IMG/VR virus record: IMGVR_UViG_2881341136_000002
Span: 1,733-65,732 of that record
Direction: 5' to 3' (one strand)
DNA: 64,000 nucleotides
Origin: a virus
Shown: positions 53,379-63,773 of the stretch, piece after piece
Layout: each line of letters begins with the position of its first letter
Position numbering within the stretch: position 1 is the first letter of the stretch
Notes under the pieces: generated by a model
What the model was told of the DNA's origin: nothing
The model's database searches: none
The model's input: the letters and a program-made list of their open reading frames with translations, nothing else
Position numbers and translations under genes: made by a program

Positions 53379-55091
53379 TTAAAATTCCTCAACAAATCCA
53401 TCATTACCGCCCGACTCGCTGCCGATTGGTTCATTGTGTAACGCGTGCATGGTTGCCCAGGCAATGTCGCCGTGGCTGCTACCTTTTGTTCTGTCTGATG
53501 CATACGACGTCATGCCGCCCTGCGTAACAAATTTCCGTACCGTCATGAAGGAACGGGCCAGCTCCATCATCCCCGCGTCATACTCAAAACGCCCCGCGCG
53601 GATCAGCATTTGGGCTTTCAGTACGAGTTCACGTTTCACGCTGGGCGAGTATTGATATTTCACGGCGGCGGGGAAAAATTTGACGACAAGCTGATGCACA
53701 GCGCTGCCGTTGCCAGTGCTATCAATACCGATAAACTGCACGTTGTATTGGTGTGTCAGCTCCTTGATGACTTCAGCCTGTTTTTCGAATGTCATGCCGC
53801 GTAACTGTCGTACCTCAATCACACGGAACTTGCCGCCAGGAACGGCGGGCGGGGATACGATGGATAGACCGGCACTGTCACCTGTACCGCTGTCACCGCT
53901 CGGATCATAGCCTATCCATACGGGGCGGTTACCTAGCGGCCGCTGCGTGTAGGGTCGCCAGTCCGGCCAGACATCATCGTTGTAGCCATCCACACCGCAG
54001 TTAATCAGCGCGGTATAGTCAAAGGCACGCTCACCGACGCTGACAAAGCGGCACGCGTAGAGATTTTCAAAATCGTCGGGGCTGTTTTCAGATTTAATTT
54101 CATCCAGATCAACCAGGTCAAAACCTTGTTCTAACGTGTCATGAATAGTGACGATCTGCCGCCAGATATTGTCACCGCACAACAGCCCTTTCTTTAGAAC
54201 CTTGTGGGTGACATCGATTTCTACCCGTTCCGCTTTAGGGCGGCTTTTGTTAAAGAAATCCCCTGTCCAGAACGTGTAGGCTTCATGTTCTTCACTGGAT
54301 GGCGTGGAAAAGTACGTGCGGCGCAACCCTTTTTGCGTCGCCATCCCCGCCGCGACTTTACGCAGGTTAAGAAAGTTGCTAACCCAAAAGAATTCATCAA
54401 AGTACAGATTGCCGGTGTAACTCTGTGCGGTTGCCGCTGACGTACCGAGGAAGTACAGCGTTGCGCCGTTCGACAGCACAATCGCGTCACCGCCTTTCAG
54501 CTCCACACCGATACTGGATGCCAGTAGTTGAATAAACCGTTTGAACTGATAAGCCTGCGCCCGACTGGCCGACAGAAAGATTTGGTTAGTGCCGGTTTCC
54601 AGTGCATCTAACAGCGCTTCACGCGCAAAATACCAACTGGCACCTATCTGGCGGCTTTTCAGTATCGCGCGGTTACGCTGCTTGCGTTTTTTGTACCAGC
54701 GCTTTTGGTGTTCGTAGAGTGATTCAAGTACCAGGGCGCGCAACTCTGCGATCTGTTCGTCCGTAAAATGGTTCTTCGGCGCTTTCTTCCGTGTCTCCTT
54801 TTCCTGGTCCTTTCGTTCATCGCGTGAGAAACGCGCCATCTGACGGCCTAACAGGTCGATGGTTTTAAAGTCATGCGGCGTGAGGTCTTCTTTCTCTATC
54901 AGCCGTAAATAGCGTACTTCTGTGCGCTCCTGCGCCCGCTGGATCGGCGTGCTGTCGTCCCATTTATCCCTGCGCCGCCATGAATAGAGCGTGTTGTTGC
55001 TCACCCCCAGCCGCTGCGCGATTTGAGGAATGCTATAGGCCTGCCAGTAAAGGCTTTTGGCTTCTGTGCGGATATCGAGAAGTAGATTCAT
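53379..55091 (-). CDS. P: Terminase ATPase subunit
   Basis: LKSRQIGASWYFA, YFDEFFW, GYDPS, HGDIAWA. Confidence 0.95.
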   Translation of the reverse strand: MNLLLDIRTEAKSLYWQAYSIPQIAQRLGVSNNTLYSWRRRDKWDDSTPIQRAQERTEVRYLRLIEKEDLTPHDFKTIDLLGRQMARFSRDERKDQEKETRKKAPKNHFTDEQIAELRALVLESLYEHQKRWYKKRKQRNRAILKSRQIGASWYFAREALLDALETGTNQIFLSASRAQAYQFKRFIQLLASSIGVELKGGDAIVLSNGATLYFLGTSAATAQSYTGNLYFDEFFWVSNFLNLRKVAAGMATQKGLRRTYFSTPSSEEHEAYTFWTGDFFNKSRPKAERVEIDVTHKVLKKGLLCGDNIWRQIVTIHDTLEQGFDLVDLDEIKSENSPDDFENLYACRFVSVGERAFDYTALINCGVDGYNDDVWPDWRPYTQRPLGNRPVWIGYDPSGDSGTGDSAGLSIVSPPAVPGGKFRVIEVRQLRGMTFEKQAEVIKELTHQYNVQFIGIDSTGNGSAVHQLVVKFFPAAVKYQYSPSVKRELVLKAQMLIRAGRFEYDAGMMELARSFMTVRKFVTQGGMTSYASDRTKGSSHGDIAWATMHALHNEPIGSESGGNDGFVEEF

Positions 55092-55136
55092 ACATACAGG
55101 CTATCGCGCCCGCGCGCGGCAAAATATCGGCTCCCG

Positions 55137-55156
55137 TTGTCGTGGTTCCGCAACAA
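55137..55156. promoter_or_regulatory. Ogr/Delta-type activator site for the divergent P/O late promoters
   Basis: TTGT-N12-ACAA. Confidence 0.75.
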
Positions 55157-55237
55157 CCCGCACCGATAGCGCCTGCGGTGAAGCGTGGCGATGATAGGGG
55201 TATCAGACAGACACCCTGTTATCACCGGAGCATTACC

Positions 55238-56083
55238 ATGCCGATTTCAAAACCGTTTCTTGCCGCTGTTGAAGGCGCGACCTGCGACGGCCGTACCCTT
55301 GAACGTGCGCACATTTCGCAAATGGCGAAAAACTTCAACAAACAGGTGCGCGGTGCTCGCGTGAACCTTGAACACATTCGCGGTTACTCACCAACCAGTG
55401 ATTTTCGTGCATATGGCGACGTAGAAGAAGTGAGCGAGTTTGAGATTCAGGACGGGCCGCTTAAAGGCAAGTTGGCGCTACAAATCAAGATTGATGCCAC
55501 TGATGAAATGGTCGCATTGAACAAAAAACGCCAGAAGATTTACCCCAGCGTTGAAATTCACCCTTCTTTTGCTGACACAGGCGAGGCCTATTTGATGGGC
55601 CTGGGAATGACGGATGATCCGGCCAGTCTGGGTGTCGGCATTCTGGAATTTAACGCCAAGTGCGGCGGAAAAGGCCCGTTGGACGGGCGAAAAACCAGCC
55701 CTGAATGTTTCTTCACGGCCGCTGATACGCCGATCACGCTGGAATTTGAAGACGATGCGCCAGTGGGCGACGCTGGCCGAAACTTCTTTTCCCGCATCAC
55801 CGAGCTGCTAACCGGCAGTCAGCAACGATTCAGTAAAGAAAATGGCGAGCTGAAACAGGCCGTTGAGCTTATCGCTCAAAGTCAGCGTGATTTGCTGGAT
55901 AAAACCGAAACATTCAGTGCGTTGCAAAAGCAAAACACCGAGCTGAAGGGCAACGTGGAAGCGCTGAATAAGTCATTAACCGATCTGAAAGAACAGCTTG
56001 CCGGACAGGATGGCAACTTTAGCCAGCGCCCGCCTGCCTCCGGCGGCAATCCGCAATCCGGCATCGTGTTAGCTGACTGCTAA
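55238..56083 (+). CDS. O: Capsid scaffold/protease (start reassigned to MPISK)
   Basis: EGATCDGR, VNLEH, YLMGLGMTDDPASLG; GGAG RBS. Confidence 0.92.
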   Translation: MPISKPFLAAVEGATCDGRTLERAHISQMAKNFNKQVRGARVNLEHIRGYSPTSDFRAYGDVEEVSEFEIQDGPLKGKLALQIKIDATDEMVALNKKRQKIYPSVEIHPSFADTGEAYLMGLGMTDDPASLGVGILEFNAKCGGKGPLDGRKTSPECFFTAADTPITLEFEDDAPVGDAGRNFFSRITELLTGSQQRFSKENGELKQAVELIAQSQRDLLDKTETFSALQKQNTELKGNVEALNKSLTDLKEQLAGQDGNFSQRPPASGGNPQSGIVLADC

Positions 56084-56117
56084 TCACCCTTTAAATCGAC
56101 TATCGCAGGAACCTAAC

Positions 56118-57167
56118 ATGCAAAATGAAACACGCGTTTTGTTTGACGCTTATATTAATCGGCAGGCTGAGTTAAACGGCATCCAGCCAGCACATGTCAC
56201 GACGCAATTCAGCATTGCACCGTCGGTACAACAGAAGCTGGAAGATAAAATCCAGCAATCCAGTGAATTGCTGCAAAAAATTAACATCACTGGCGTATCT
56301 GAACAGGAAGGTCAAAAGCTGGGACTCGGTATCAGTGGTCCGGTTTCCAGTTCAAGCACGTCAAGTACGGAACGTCGTGAACCGAAATCGGTTCACACGC
56401 TGGATGATGATAAATACCGCTGTGAGCAAACCAATACGGATACGTTTATCAGCTATCCACAGTTGGATGTGTGGGCCAAGTTCCCCGACTTCCAGCAGCG
56501 CATTAGCAATCAGATCATCAAGCGTAAAGCGCTCGACCGTATCATGATTGGTTTTAACGGTACGTCGCGTGCCGCTAAATCCGACCTGGCAAACAACCCA
56601 CTGTTGCAGGATGTGAATATCGGCTGGCTGGAAAAATACCGTCTCCATGCATCACAACGCGTGATGAAAAACATCACCGTCACCAGTCGTGATGATGAAA
56701 ACAAAGTCATCGCGAAAGGCGATTACGGCAACCTTGACGCCGTGGTCTATGACGCTACCAATTCACTGTTGGATGAGTGGTTTAAATCGTCGCAAGACTT
56801 AGTGGTCATCTGTGGTCGTCAGATCATGGTCAGCAAAGAATATCCGCTTATTAACGCCATCAATACTACCAATCCGAATTCGGAAGCACTGGCCGGCCAA
56901 CTGCTGGTATCGCGTAAAGCTATCGGCAACCTGCCGACCTTCATTGCGCCGTTCTTCCCTGATGGCAGCATGTTCATTACCCCATTCAGTAACCTGTCAA
57001 TCTACTTCCAGGATGGCAAGCAGCGCCGCGCCGTGCGGGATGAGATGGAATTTAACCGTGTGGCGACCTATGAGTCATCCAATGACGCCTATGTCATTGA
57101 AGACTACGGCACCGGATGCCTGATTGAAGGCATTACGTTTGCCGCGGCAGCACCGACGCAAGGCTAA
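56118..57167 (+). CDS. N: Major capsid protein
   Basis: P2 gpN motifs LDRIMIGFNG, NPLLQDVNIGW. Confidence 0.95.
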   Translation: MQNETRVLFDAYINRQAELNGIQPAHVTTQFSIAPSVQQKLEDKIQQSSELLQKINITGVSEQEGQKLGLGISGPVSSSSTSSTERREPKSVHTLDDDKYRCEQTNTDTFISYPQLDVWAKFPDFQQRISNQIIKRKALDRIMIGFNGTSRAAKSDLANNPLLQDVNIGWLEKYRLHASQRVMKNITVTSRDDENKVIAKGDYGNLDAVVYDATNSLLDEWFKSSQDLVVICGRQIMVSKEYPLINAINTTNPNSEALAGQLLVSRKAIGNLPTFIAPFFPDGSMFITPFSNLSIYFQDGKQRRAVRDEMEFNRVATYESSNDAYVIEDYGTGCLIEGITFAAAAPTQG

Positions 57168-57218
57168 TTTCAACGGCAAGCAGGCCGGATAACACGCGGC
57201 CTGCATCAAGGGGGCATC

Positions 57219-58028
57219 ATGCTGACACCTGCGCAGCGACATTTTCAAACTGTCATGGCCCAGCGCCACGGCAAATCAAACGGCGGTGACGTTGAGCGCA
57301 CCGCCTACGAACAGCAATTGCATCGGCTGAGGATGGATAAATCCCGTTTAAGCCAGGTGCAGTCTGCCACGACAAAGGCCGAACTAAAGCGCGAACTGCT
57401 ACCCGACTATCAGGGCTGGGTTAATGGCGTATTGGCGGCAGATAGCGGCCACGCTGATGAAGTGCTGACCACAATCATGATCTGGTCGATTGATGCTGGA
57501 TTGGTGGGTGATGCGCTGCGTATTGCTGATTATGTACTGCGCCATCGCCTGCCGATGCCCGACCAGTACACCCGCACGGTTGCCACTGCGCTGGTTGATG
57601 AGATTTGCGATCCCGCACTGGCAGCGTTTAAAGCCGATGTTAGCGTTGCGCCTCTGGCTGCTGACCTGCTGTTGCAATTGGAACGGCTTACCGCTAGCGA
57701 AGACATGCCTGATCAGGTGCGCGCCAAACTTTACAAGACGTTGGGCTACACCCTGCGTTTGGATACCAACGAGCTGGGCGCCGCGCGCGACTGGTTGCAA
57801 CGCGCTGTCACGCTGTTTGATGGCATCGGGGTTAAACGCGACATCGAGCTACTGGGGCGGGCGCTCAAGAAAGCAACTGAGCCAGAGGAAGAAAACACTG
57901 ATGCGCCACCGCCTGCGGATAAGCCAGCCGACAAACCCGCAGCCAAAGCAACGAAAGCGCCGCGTAAATCGACGGCGGCGAAAGCATCACGAACTACGAC
58001 ACCACGCGCCAAAAAAAGCGCGTCGTAA
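57219..58028 (+). CDS. M: Terminase endonuclease subunit
   Basis: MLTPAQRH, KRELLPDY, MPDQVRAKLYK, GVKRDI. Confidence 0.92.
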   Translation: MLTPAQRHFQTVMAQRHGKSNGGDVERTAYEQQLHRLRMDKSRLSQVQSATTKAELKRELLPDYQGWVNGVLAADSGHADEVLTTIMIWSIDAGLVGDALRIADYVLRHRLPMPDQYTRTVATALVDEICDPALAAFKADVSVAPLAADLLLQLERLTASEDMPDQVRAKLYKTLGYTLRLDTNELGAARDWLQRAVTLFDGIGVKRDIELLGRALKKATEPEEENTDAPPPADKPADKPAAKATKAPRKSTAAKASRTTTPRAKKSAS

Positions 58029-58124
58029 CCAAACGTGCCCCCGCGCACCAGGCGGCACGGCGTAAGACGGGCAATTTATTGTGTCGTGTTGCGTCGTCCA
58101 CCGCCTGTCTTTTGAGGTAATGCC

Positions 58125-58631
58125 ATGAGCCTGATTGCCACAGAGCCGGTAGGGCCGGCCACGCAGGACACCATCAACGATGGTGATGCGAAAGTGACGA
58201 GCCATGCATTTTGGCCAGTGATTGTCCTGTCCGCTCTGCGTCGCGCGATGCGTCTTGACGGGCAAGTGACAACGGATCGCCTGATGGATAAGGCCATCGA
58301 AGCGGTAGCACATGTTAACGGCCAGTTGGCCGACTGGCGAAACACTCAGGAGCAACGTGGTTTTGCCGTTCTGCCAGAGGTTAAACCCGATAGCACTGAC
58401 GAAATCGACGAGATCAATGGCGAGTCCGTTTTGGTTTGGCGCTATCGCCGTGCGGTGTACTCCATCACCAAAGCGTTATTGATCGAGGGCTACCGTGATA
58501 TCGACACCACGCGCGAAGGGGAAAAACACGCAGAGGCGTTGAGTTCACAGATTGACACGCTGTGGCGCGACGGCCGCTGGGCAATACGCGACATCCTCGG
58601 CGTTAATCGTGGTCTGGCTGAGTTGGTCTGA
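58125..58631 (+). CDS. L: Head completion protein
   Basis: FWP...YRRAVY...YRDIDTT.EG. Confidence 0.9.
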   Translation: MSLIATEPVGPATQDTINDGDAKVTSHAFWPVIVLSALRRAMRLDGQVTTDRLMDKAIEAVAHVNGQLADWRNTQEQRGFAVLPEVKPDSTDEIDEINGESVLVWRYRRAVYSITKALLIEGYRDIDTTREGEKHAEALSSQIDTLWRDGRWAIRDILGVNRGLAELV

Positions 58632-58834
58632 TGGAGGTTCGTGCGCAGCAAAATGACACTGTCGATCTACTGTGCTGGCGCTATTACGGCAGAACAGACG
58701 GCGTAACCGAAGGGGTTTACGCGGCCAATCCGGGATTGTGTGAGCGTGGGCCATTGTTACCGGCTGGCCTGCTGGTCACGCTGCCTGATGTCGCTGCGGC
58801 AACACAACAGGAAATCATACAGCTATGGGACTGA
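58631..58834 (+). CDS. X: Tail protein X
   Basis: DTVDLLCWRYYG...ANPGL...IQLWD. Confidence 0.92.
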   Translation: MEVRAQQNDTVDLLCWRYYGRTDGVTEGVYAANPGLCERGPLLPAGLLVTLPDVAAATQQEIIQLWD

Positions 58835-58864
58835 ACATTAACACCCGAATGAGGGTAACGGACA

Positions 58865-59188
58865 ATGAGAATGAGTGATAAAGATCCTGATGTATGGGCG
58901 TCAGTATTGGCCGGACTTAAGTCCGCATGGCCCACGATTTACGCTGCCTTATTGGCGGGGCTTATTGCCTATGCTCGCCTGATTTATGACGGTGGTGAGC
59001 GTAAGAACAAATGGGCTGAGGGCGTCATTTGCGGGGCGTTGGCATTAACCATTTCTGGCCTACTGGATTATTTCGGCTTGCCTGTCAGCTTGACGCCGTT
59101 CTTAGGTGGAATGGTCGGATTTATTGGCACAGATCAGTTGCGTGGGATCGCCGTAGGCATGTTAAAGCGTAAAACGGGGAGTAGCTGA
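58865..59188 (+). CDS. Holin (lambda-S-like, three TM segments)
   Basis: Hydrophobic segments, GGMVGFIGTDQLR, Met-Arg-Met start. Confidence 0.8.
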   Translation: MRMSDKDPDVWASVLAGLKSAWPTIYAALLAGLIAYARLIYDGGERKNKWAEGVICGALALTISGLLDYFGLPVSLTPFLGGMVGFIGTDQLRGIAVGMLKRKTGSS

Positions 59189-59190
59189 TC

Positions 59191-59574
59191 ATGTTTATAT
59201 TTGGTTCTGTTAGCGAAAAAAACCTTATTGGCGTTCATTGCGATTTAGTACGGGTTGCACGCCGAGCATTGGTGCTAACAACAATCGATTTTCGTGTCAT
59301 TGAGGGGCTGCGAACCAAAGAACGCCAGCAGCAGTTGGTTAACAGAGGCGCGAGTACCACAATGAACAGCCGTCATCTTACTGGGCATGCGATCGATATC
59401 GTGCCGCTGCCTGATGGAAAGGTAAGTTGGGACTGGAAATATTTTTACCCATTAGCTGAGGCAATGAAACGGGCTGCGGATGAGTTAGGCGTAACACTTG
59501 AATGGGGAGGTGACTGGAAAACCTTTAAAGACGGCCCGCACTTTCAGCTATCCCAGCGGAACTATCCGGTATGA
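59191..59574 (+). CDS. Endolysin, M15-family peptidase
   Basis: EGLRT.ERQ, SRHLTGHAIDI, WGGDWKTFKDGPHFQL. Confidence 0.9.
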   Translation: MFIFGSVSEKNLIGVHCDLVRVARRALVLTTIDFRVIEGLRTKERQQQLVNRGASTTMNSRHLTGHAIDIVPLPDGKVSWDWKYFYPLAEAMKRAADELGVTLEWGGDWKTFKDGPHFQLSQRNYPV

Positions 59575-59984
59575 ACTGGCGTTTGATTATCGGTGTGTCG
59601 TTGTTATGCCTGGCAATCATCGGCGTATTACAGCATCGACGCATCGCCACACTGTCGGAAAACAATGCTGTATTACTCGCAGAACGAGATAGCACCGAGC
59701 GCGTTATCAGCAATCAGCAACGTACCTTCCAGATATTCAACACGCTGTCACGCGAGGCTGAACATGGTAAACGCCAGATACAACAAGATGCCGATACACG
59801 TAGTCAGACGATTAATCAGGCATTGGCCGGTCAAGTCTGTGCTGATGAGTTTGTGCCTGATGGCGCTGCTGTGCCGTTGCTCGACTACGCGAACCGTTTA
59901 CGTGCCGATAGTTTGCGTTCCTCTGCCAGCGAACCTAACCGCACCGACAGTAATACCGCTGCCGCAGGGCGCGATAGTCAATAA
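59571..59984 (+). CDS. lysB: i-spanin (LysB/Rz-like)
   Basis: N-terminal TM plus coiled coil after endolysin. Confidence 0.75.
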   Translation: MNWRLIIGVSLLCLAIIGVLQHRRIATLSENNAVLLAERDSTERVISNQQRTFQIFNTLSREAEHGKRQIQQDADTRSQTINQALAGQVCADEFVPDGAAVPLLDYANRLRADSLRSSASEPNRTDSNTAAAGRDSQ

Positions 59985-60135
59985 CCGTCTGACCTACGGC
60001 CAGTCTGTTAACTGGAATAGCTTGCTGCTGGCTGCGCTGGAAAGTGCCAACCACGATAAAGCGCTAATTCGCCAGGCTGAACAACAGAGAGAGCGACAAC
60101 ATGCTAAAAGCGGAACTGCTGAGAAAAACCATTAG
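59845..60135 (+). CDS. lysC: o-spanin (LysC/Rz1-like lipoprotein); start approximate
   Basis: Hydrophobic leader and Cys, Pro-rich PLPANLTAP, LTYGQSV; overlaps lysB. Confidence 0.6.
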   Translation: MSLCLMALLCRCSTTRTVYVPIVCVPLPANLTAPTVIPLPQGAIVNNRLTYGQSVNWNSLLLAALESANHDKALIRQAEQQRERQHAKSGTAEKNH

Positions 60136-60592
60136 CGAACAGGTGCTGTGGTTGCGGGAAAACCCCGATCAACTTGTCGTCTATGTACAGAAGGGGAATG
60201 CAATCAGTACCGGTGGGCGTTATGCCTCTTTTGAATACCGTTACACGCTGGAAGTGCTGGCAATGGACTACCCGCACTCCATCGATACGCTGATGGTGCC
60301 AATACTGATGTGGGCGCGAATCTATCAGCCAGATTTATTACTCAACCCAGAACGGCGTAAAACGGGTATTACGTTCGACGCTGATTTGCTGAGTAACAGC
60401 ACTGCCGATTTATTGATCCGCATTCAGGCCGATGAGGCGGTGATCGTCACCCCCTGCATTGAAACTGGGGAAATCAATATTCGTCATCGCGCTGATCCGC
60501 CTCCCGATCCGATGGAAGGTATGGACGGATGGTCACTGCTGACAAATGGTTATGCAGTAAACAAAACTTCTCATGACTCGACGGCAGGTTAG
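60101..60592 (+). CDS. R: Tail completion protein
   Basis: MLKAELLR...SFEYRYTL...QPDLL. Confidence 0.88.
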   Translation: MLKAELLRKTISEQVLWLRENPDQLVVYVQKGNAISTGGRYASFEYRYTLEVLAMDYPHSIDTLMVPILMWARIYQPDLLLNPERRKTGITFDADLLSNSTADLLIRIQADEAVIVTPCIETGEINIRHRADPPPDPMEGMDGWSLLTNGYAVNKTSHDSTAG

Positions 60593-60594
60593 CA

Positions 60595-61233
60595 ATGAGC
60601 CAGAACGATGCAATGTTTCAGGAGCTAGATGGTTATCTGCAATCTGTTGTCGAACACCTGGCCGCGAATCAACGGCGTCGCTTATCACGACAGATTGCAA
60701 CGGGGCTGCGTAAGCGTCAGCAGCAACGGATTGCACAGCAAAAGAATCCTGATGGTTCGTCTTACGAAGGGCGCAAAAAGAAAACGCGCCGCACACAAGG
60801 CGGCGTCCGGTTTCTGTGGAAAGGTGAGGCGCGAGAGCTGCGTAACTGGCACAGCAGCAAAGGCCGCAGCGGTGAACGAATGATTACCGGCTTTGATGTT
60901 GGGCGCGGTGGTTTGCGCTCGTTCCTGCGTGCTGATATCGATCACTATCTCAGTATTAACGTCAGTAGCGTATCCACCGCGCCGGCACGTAAAGAAAAGA
61001 TGTTCCGCAAGTTGCGTACCGTCCGTTTTTTACGTATCGACACGTCACCTAATAGCGCGGCTGTTGGTTTCAGTGGTCATGCAGCCCGCATCGCCCATGC
61101 TCACCAGTTCGGCGAGACTGACAAAATAGGGCGCTCGTCCGTGCGTTACCCCATTCGTGAGTTACTGGGCTTAACGCCCTCTGATCTGGACTGGGTGGCC
61201 AGTGAAATTACGGACTTCATTCAGCCCGATTAG
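60595..61233 (+). CDS. S: Virion morphogenesis protein
   Basis: QQQRIAQQKNPDGS...MFRKLRT...HQFG...RELLG. Confidence 0.9.
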   Translation: MSQNDAMFQELDGYLQSVVEHLAANQRRRLSRQIATGLRKRQQQRIAQQKNPDGSSYEGRKKKTRRTQGGVRFLWKGEARELRNWHSSKGRSGERMITGFDVGRGGLRSFLRADIDHYLSINVSSVSTAPARKEKMFRKLRTVRFLRIDTSPNSAAVGFSGHAARIAHAHQFGETDKIGRSSVRYPIRELLGLTPSDLDWVASEITDFIQPD

Positions 61234-61253
61234 TTGTTACCGACCCCCTACAA
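61234..61253. promoter_or_regulatory. Ogr-type activator site of the V promoter
   Basis: TTGT-N12-ACAA upstream of V. Confidence 0.75.
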
Positions 61254-61323
61254 CCCCCTTTCGTTGTACGCCCGCGCGCGACACATGAAACTGGCGCTAT
61301 GAATTAATTACCGAGCGCCAGCC

Positions 61324-61908
61324 ATGACATCCAATGAGTTTGACCGTCTCCTGAATAACCTGATCCGTATCGGTACGGTTGTTGACGTCGATCACGTTCG
61401 TCATTTGGCGCGCGTGGAAACCGGCGGGAATACCACGGGATGGATACGTTGGTGTGTGCAGCGTGCGGGTGATGCCAAAACGTGGTGGCCGCTGTCAGTA
61501 GGTGAGCAGGTTCTTATGGCTTCACCAGGCGGCGATCTGGAAACGGCTGTGATCGTATTAAGCCTTTATTCCAACCAGCACAGTGCGCCCAGCAGCACAC
61601 CAAAGGTATACACCACTGATTATCCCGATGGTGCAAGCGAAACGTATGATGCCAACACCTCAACGATGACCGTTAAAGGCGTCAAAAATGTGATCGTGGA
61701 AGCGGCTGAATCTATCACGCTGGACACCCCGAAAGTAATTTGCACCCAGCATCTCAGCACTCAAACGCTCAGCGTAGAAAAAGGCGGCACGATGCAGGGC
61801 GATATCACCCACACTGGCGGCCAAATGTCATCAAACGGCGTGGTCGTAGACAGTCACACTCACGGCGGCGTACAGCGCGGTGGTAGCCAAACGGACGGCC
61901 CGCAATGA
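61324..61908 (+). CDS. V: Baseplate spike
   Basis: NLIRIGTV, WWPLSVGEQV, HTHGGV. Confidence 0.93.
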   Translation: MTSNEFDRLLNNLIRIGTVVDVDHVRHLARVETGGNTTGWIRWCVQRAGDAKTWWPLSVGEQVLMASPGGDLETAVIVLSLYSNQHSAPSSTPKVYTTDYPDGASETYDANTSTMTVKGVKNVIVEAAESITLDTPKVICTQHLSTQTLSVEKGGTMQGDITHTGGQMSSNGVVVDSHTHGGVQRGGSQTDGPQ

Positions 61909-62264
61909 GCAATGAAAAATACATCGGCATGAATGCCAGTACTGGTCGCGCGATTACTGATGATGAGCACATTAGCCAGTCAGTACGCGATATTTTAATC
62001 ACCCCTGTCGGTAGCAGAGTGATGCGGCGCAGTTACGGATCACAGCTTTTTTCTCTGATTGACGAGCCTCAAGAGCCCGCAATAAAGCTAAAGATAATGT
62101 CAGCCATCTACAGCGCATTAATGCGCTGGGAGCCTCGCATTACACCAACAAAAATTACGCTGGAAACCCGTGGTGCCGGACTCGCTGCCGTCACGCTTCA
62201 GGCACAGCGCACGGATAATCTGGCGGTGTTTAGTTCTACGATTTCACTACAGGGGGCACGATGA
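61905..62264 (+). CDS. W: Baseplate wedge protein
   Basis: HISQSVRDILITPVGSRVMRRSYGS. Confidence 0.93.
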   Translation: MSNEKYIGMNASTGRAITDDEHISQSVRDILITPVGSRVMRRSYGSQLFSLIDEPQEPAIKLKIMSAIYSALMRWEPRITPTKITLETRGAGLAAVTLQAQRTDNLAVFSSTISLQGAR

Positions 62265-63172
62265 GCGGATTGATTGATTTATCCCTGCTGCCTGCGCCTG
62301 ATGTCGTTGAAACACTGGACTACGAAACGTTGTATGCGGAACGCAAGGCGATGTTTATCGCTCTGTTTCCAGTCGAGCAACGTGATGCCATCACGCGCAC
62401 GCTGACGCTGGAATCCGAACCGTTAACCAAGTTGCTGCAACTGTCTGTCTATCATGAGTTGTTATTGCGTCAGCGGGTTAACGAAGCGGCCAGCGCCACC
62501 ATGCTGGCCTACGCAGCAGGAACCGATCTTGATCAGCTTGCTGCCAACGTTAACGTGCAGCGTTTGGTTGTCACCGCAGAAGATACAACGGCGATCCCTG
62601 CAATTGCGGCGGTCATGGAGTCTGACGCCGATCTGCGTACACGCGCGCAACAGGCATTTGAGGGGCTGAGTGTTGCGGGGCCAACCGCGGCCTATGAATT
62701 TCACGCACGTAGTGCCGATGGTCGAGTCGCTGACGCCAGCGCAGTTAGCCCCAGCCCTGCCGCCGTCACGGTAACCGTGCTGTCGCGTGAAGGAAATGGC
62801 AGCGCCAGTGATGAATTATTGCAAGCCGTTGCTGCTGCACTGAACGCCGAGAATGTGCGGCCGGTTGCAGATCGTGTAACCGTTCAATCCGCAGAAATCA
62901 TCCCTTATGAAATTGCCGCGGCGTTGTACGTCTATCCAGGGCCAGAGGCTGAGCCTATCAGAATTGCAGCAGAAACCCGATTACAGGCGTATATCACTGC
63001 GCAGCATCGGTTAGGCCGTGATATTCGCCGCTCTGCCATCTTTGCCGCACTCCATGTTGAGGGCGTACAACGCGTTGATTTGGAAAGCCCTGCCGCAGAT
63101 ATCGTGCTGGATAAAAGCCAGGCATCCTACTGCGCTAACTGGACGTTAAATATCGGGGGTTCCGATGAATAA
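62261..63172 (+). CDS. J: Baseplate protein J
   Basis: IDLSLLPAPDVVE...SVAGPTAAYEFHA. Confidence 0.94.
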   Translation: MSGLIDLSLLPAPDVVETLDYETLYAERKAMFIALFPVEQRDAITRTLTLESEPLTKLLQLSVYHELLLRQRVNEAASATMLAYAAGTDLDQLAANVNVQRLVVTAEDTTAIPAIAAVMESDADLRTRAQQAFEGLSVAGPTAAYEFHARSADGRVADASAVSPSPAAVTVTVLSREGNGSASDELLQAVAAALNAENVRPVADRVTVQSAEIIPYEIAAALYVYPGPEAEPIRIAAETRLQAYITAQHRLGRDIRRSAIFAALHVEGVQRVDLESPAADIVLDKSQASYCANWTLNIGGSDE

Positions 63173-63773
63173 CAGCTTGTTACCCGTTGGTTCATCTGAG
63201 TTGGAAATTGCCGCAGCCAAAGCCTGCGCGGAATTGTCCCGCACGCCGATTCCGTTACGTCAGTTATGTGATCCGGAAAGTTGCCCGTCAAACCTGCTGC
63301 CCTATCTGGCATGGGCATTCTCAGTTGATCGCTGGGATGAAAAATGGCCGGAAGTCATTAAGCGCCAGGCGATAAAAGATGCCTACTTTATCCATCGTCA
63401 TAAAGGCACGATTGGTGCGCTGCGGCGTGTGGTGGAGCCGTTTGGTTACCTGATCCGTATCAGTGAATGGTTTCAGAACGGCGGAGAGCCTGGCACGTTT
63501 CGCCTGGACATTGGCGTGCAGGATAGCGGCATTACCGAAGAGGTATTTAACGAGCTGGAGCGGCTGATAGCCGACGCCAAACCCGCGTCCCGTCACCTGT
63601 TGGGGCTGAATATCAACCTTGACACGCCAGGCGCGGCCTACGTTGCCGCTACAACATACAGCGGCGATGACCTGACCATTTACCCCTATTTTCCTGAAAC
63701 CATTACTGTGTCCGGTCTGGATGTGACTGGGGCAGCACTTCATTTAATCGACAACGTGAGCGTAACCGCATGA
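63165..63773 (+). CDS. I: Tail protein I
   Basis: CPSNLLPYLAWAFSVDRW...HRHKGTIGALRR. Confidence 0.94.
   Translation: MNNSLLPVGSSELEIAAAKACAELSRTPIPLRQLCDPESCPSNLLPYLAWAFSVDRWDEKWPEVIKRQAIKDAYFIHRHKGTIGALRRVVEPFGYLIRISEWFQNGGEPGTFRLDIGVQDSGITEEVFNELERLIADAKPASRHLLGLNINLDTPGAAYVAATTYSGDDLTIYPYFPETITVSGLDVTGAALHLIDNVSVTA

Noticed and set aside
54980-55237. N-terminal extension of gene O given by the ORF track
   Set aside because: It overlaps gene P and the divergent late promoters; the ATG at 55238 has the RBS and matches gpO.
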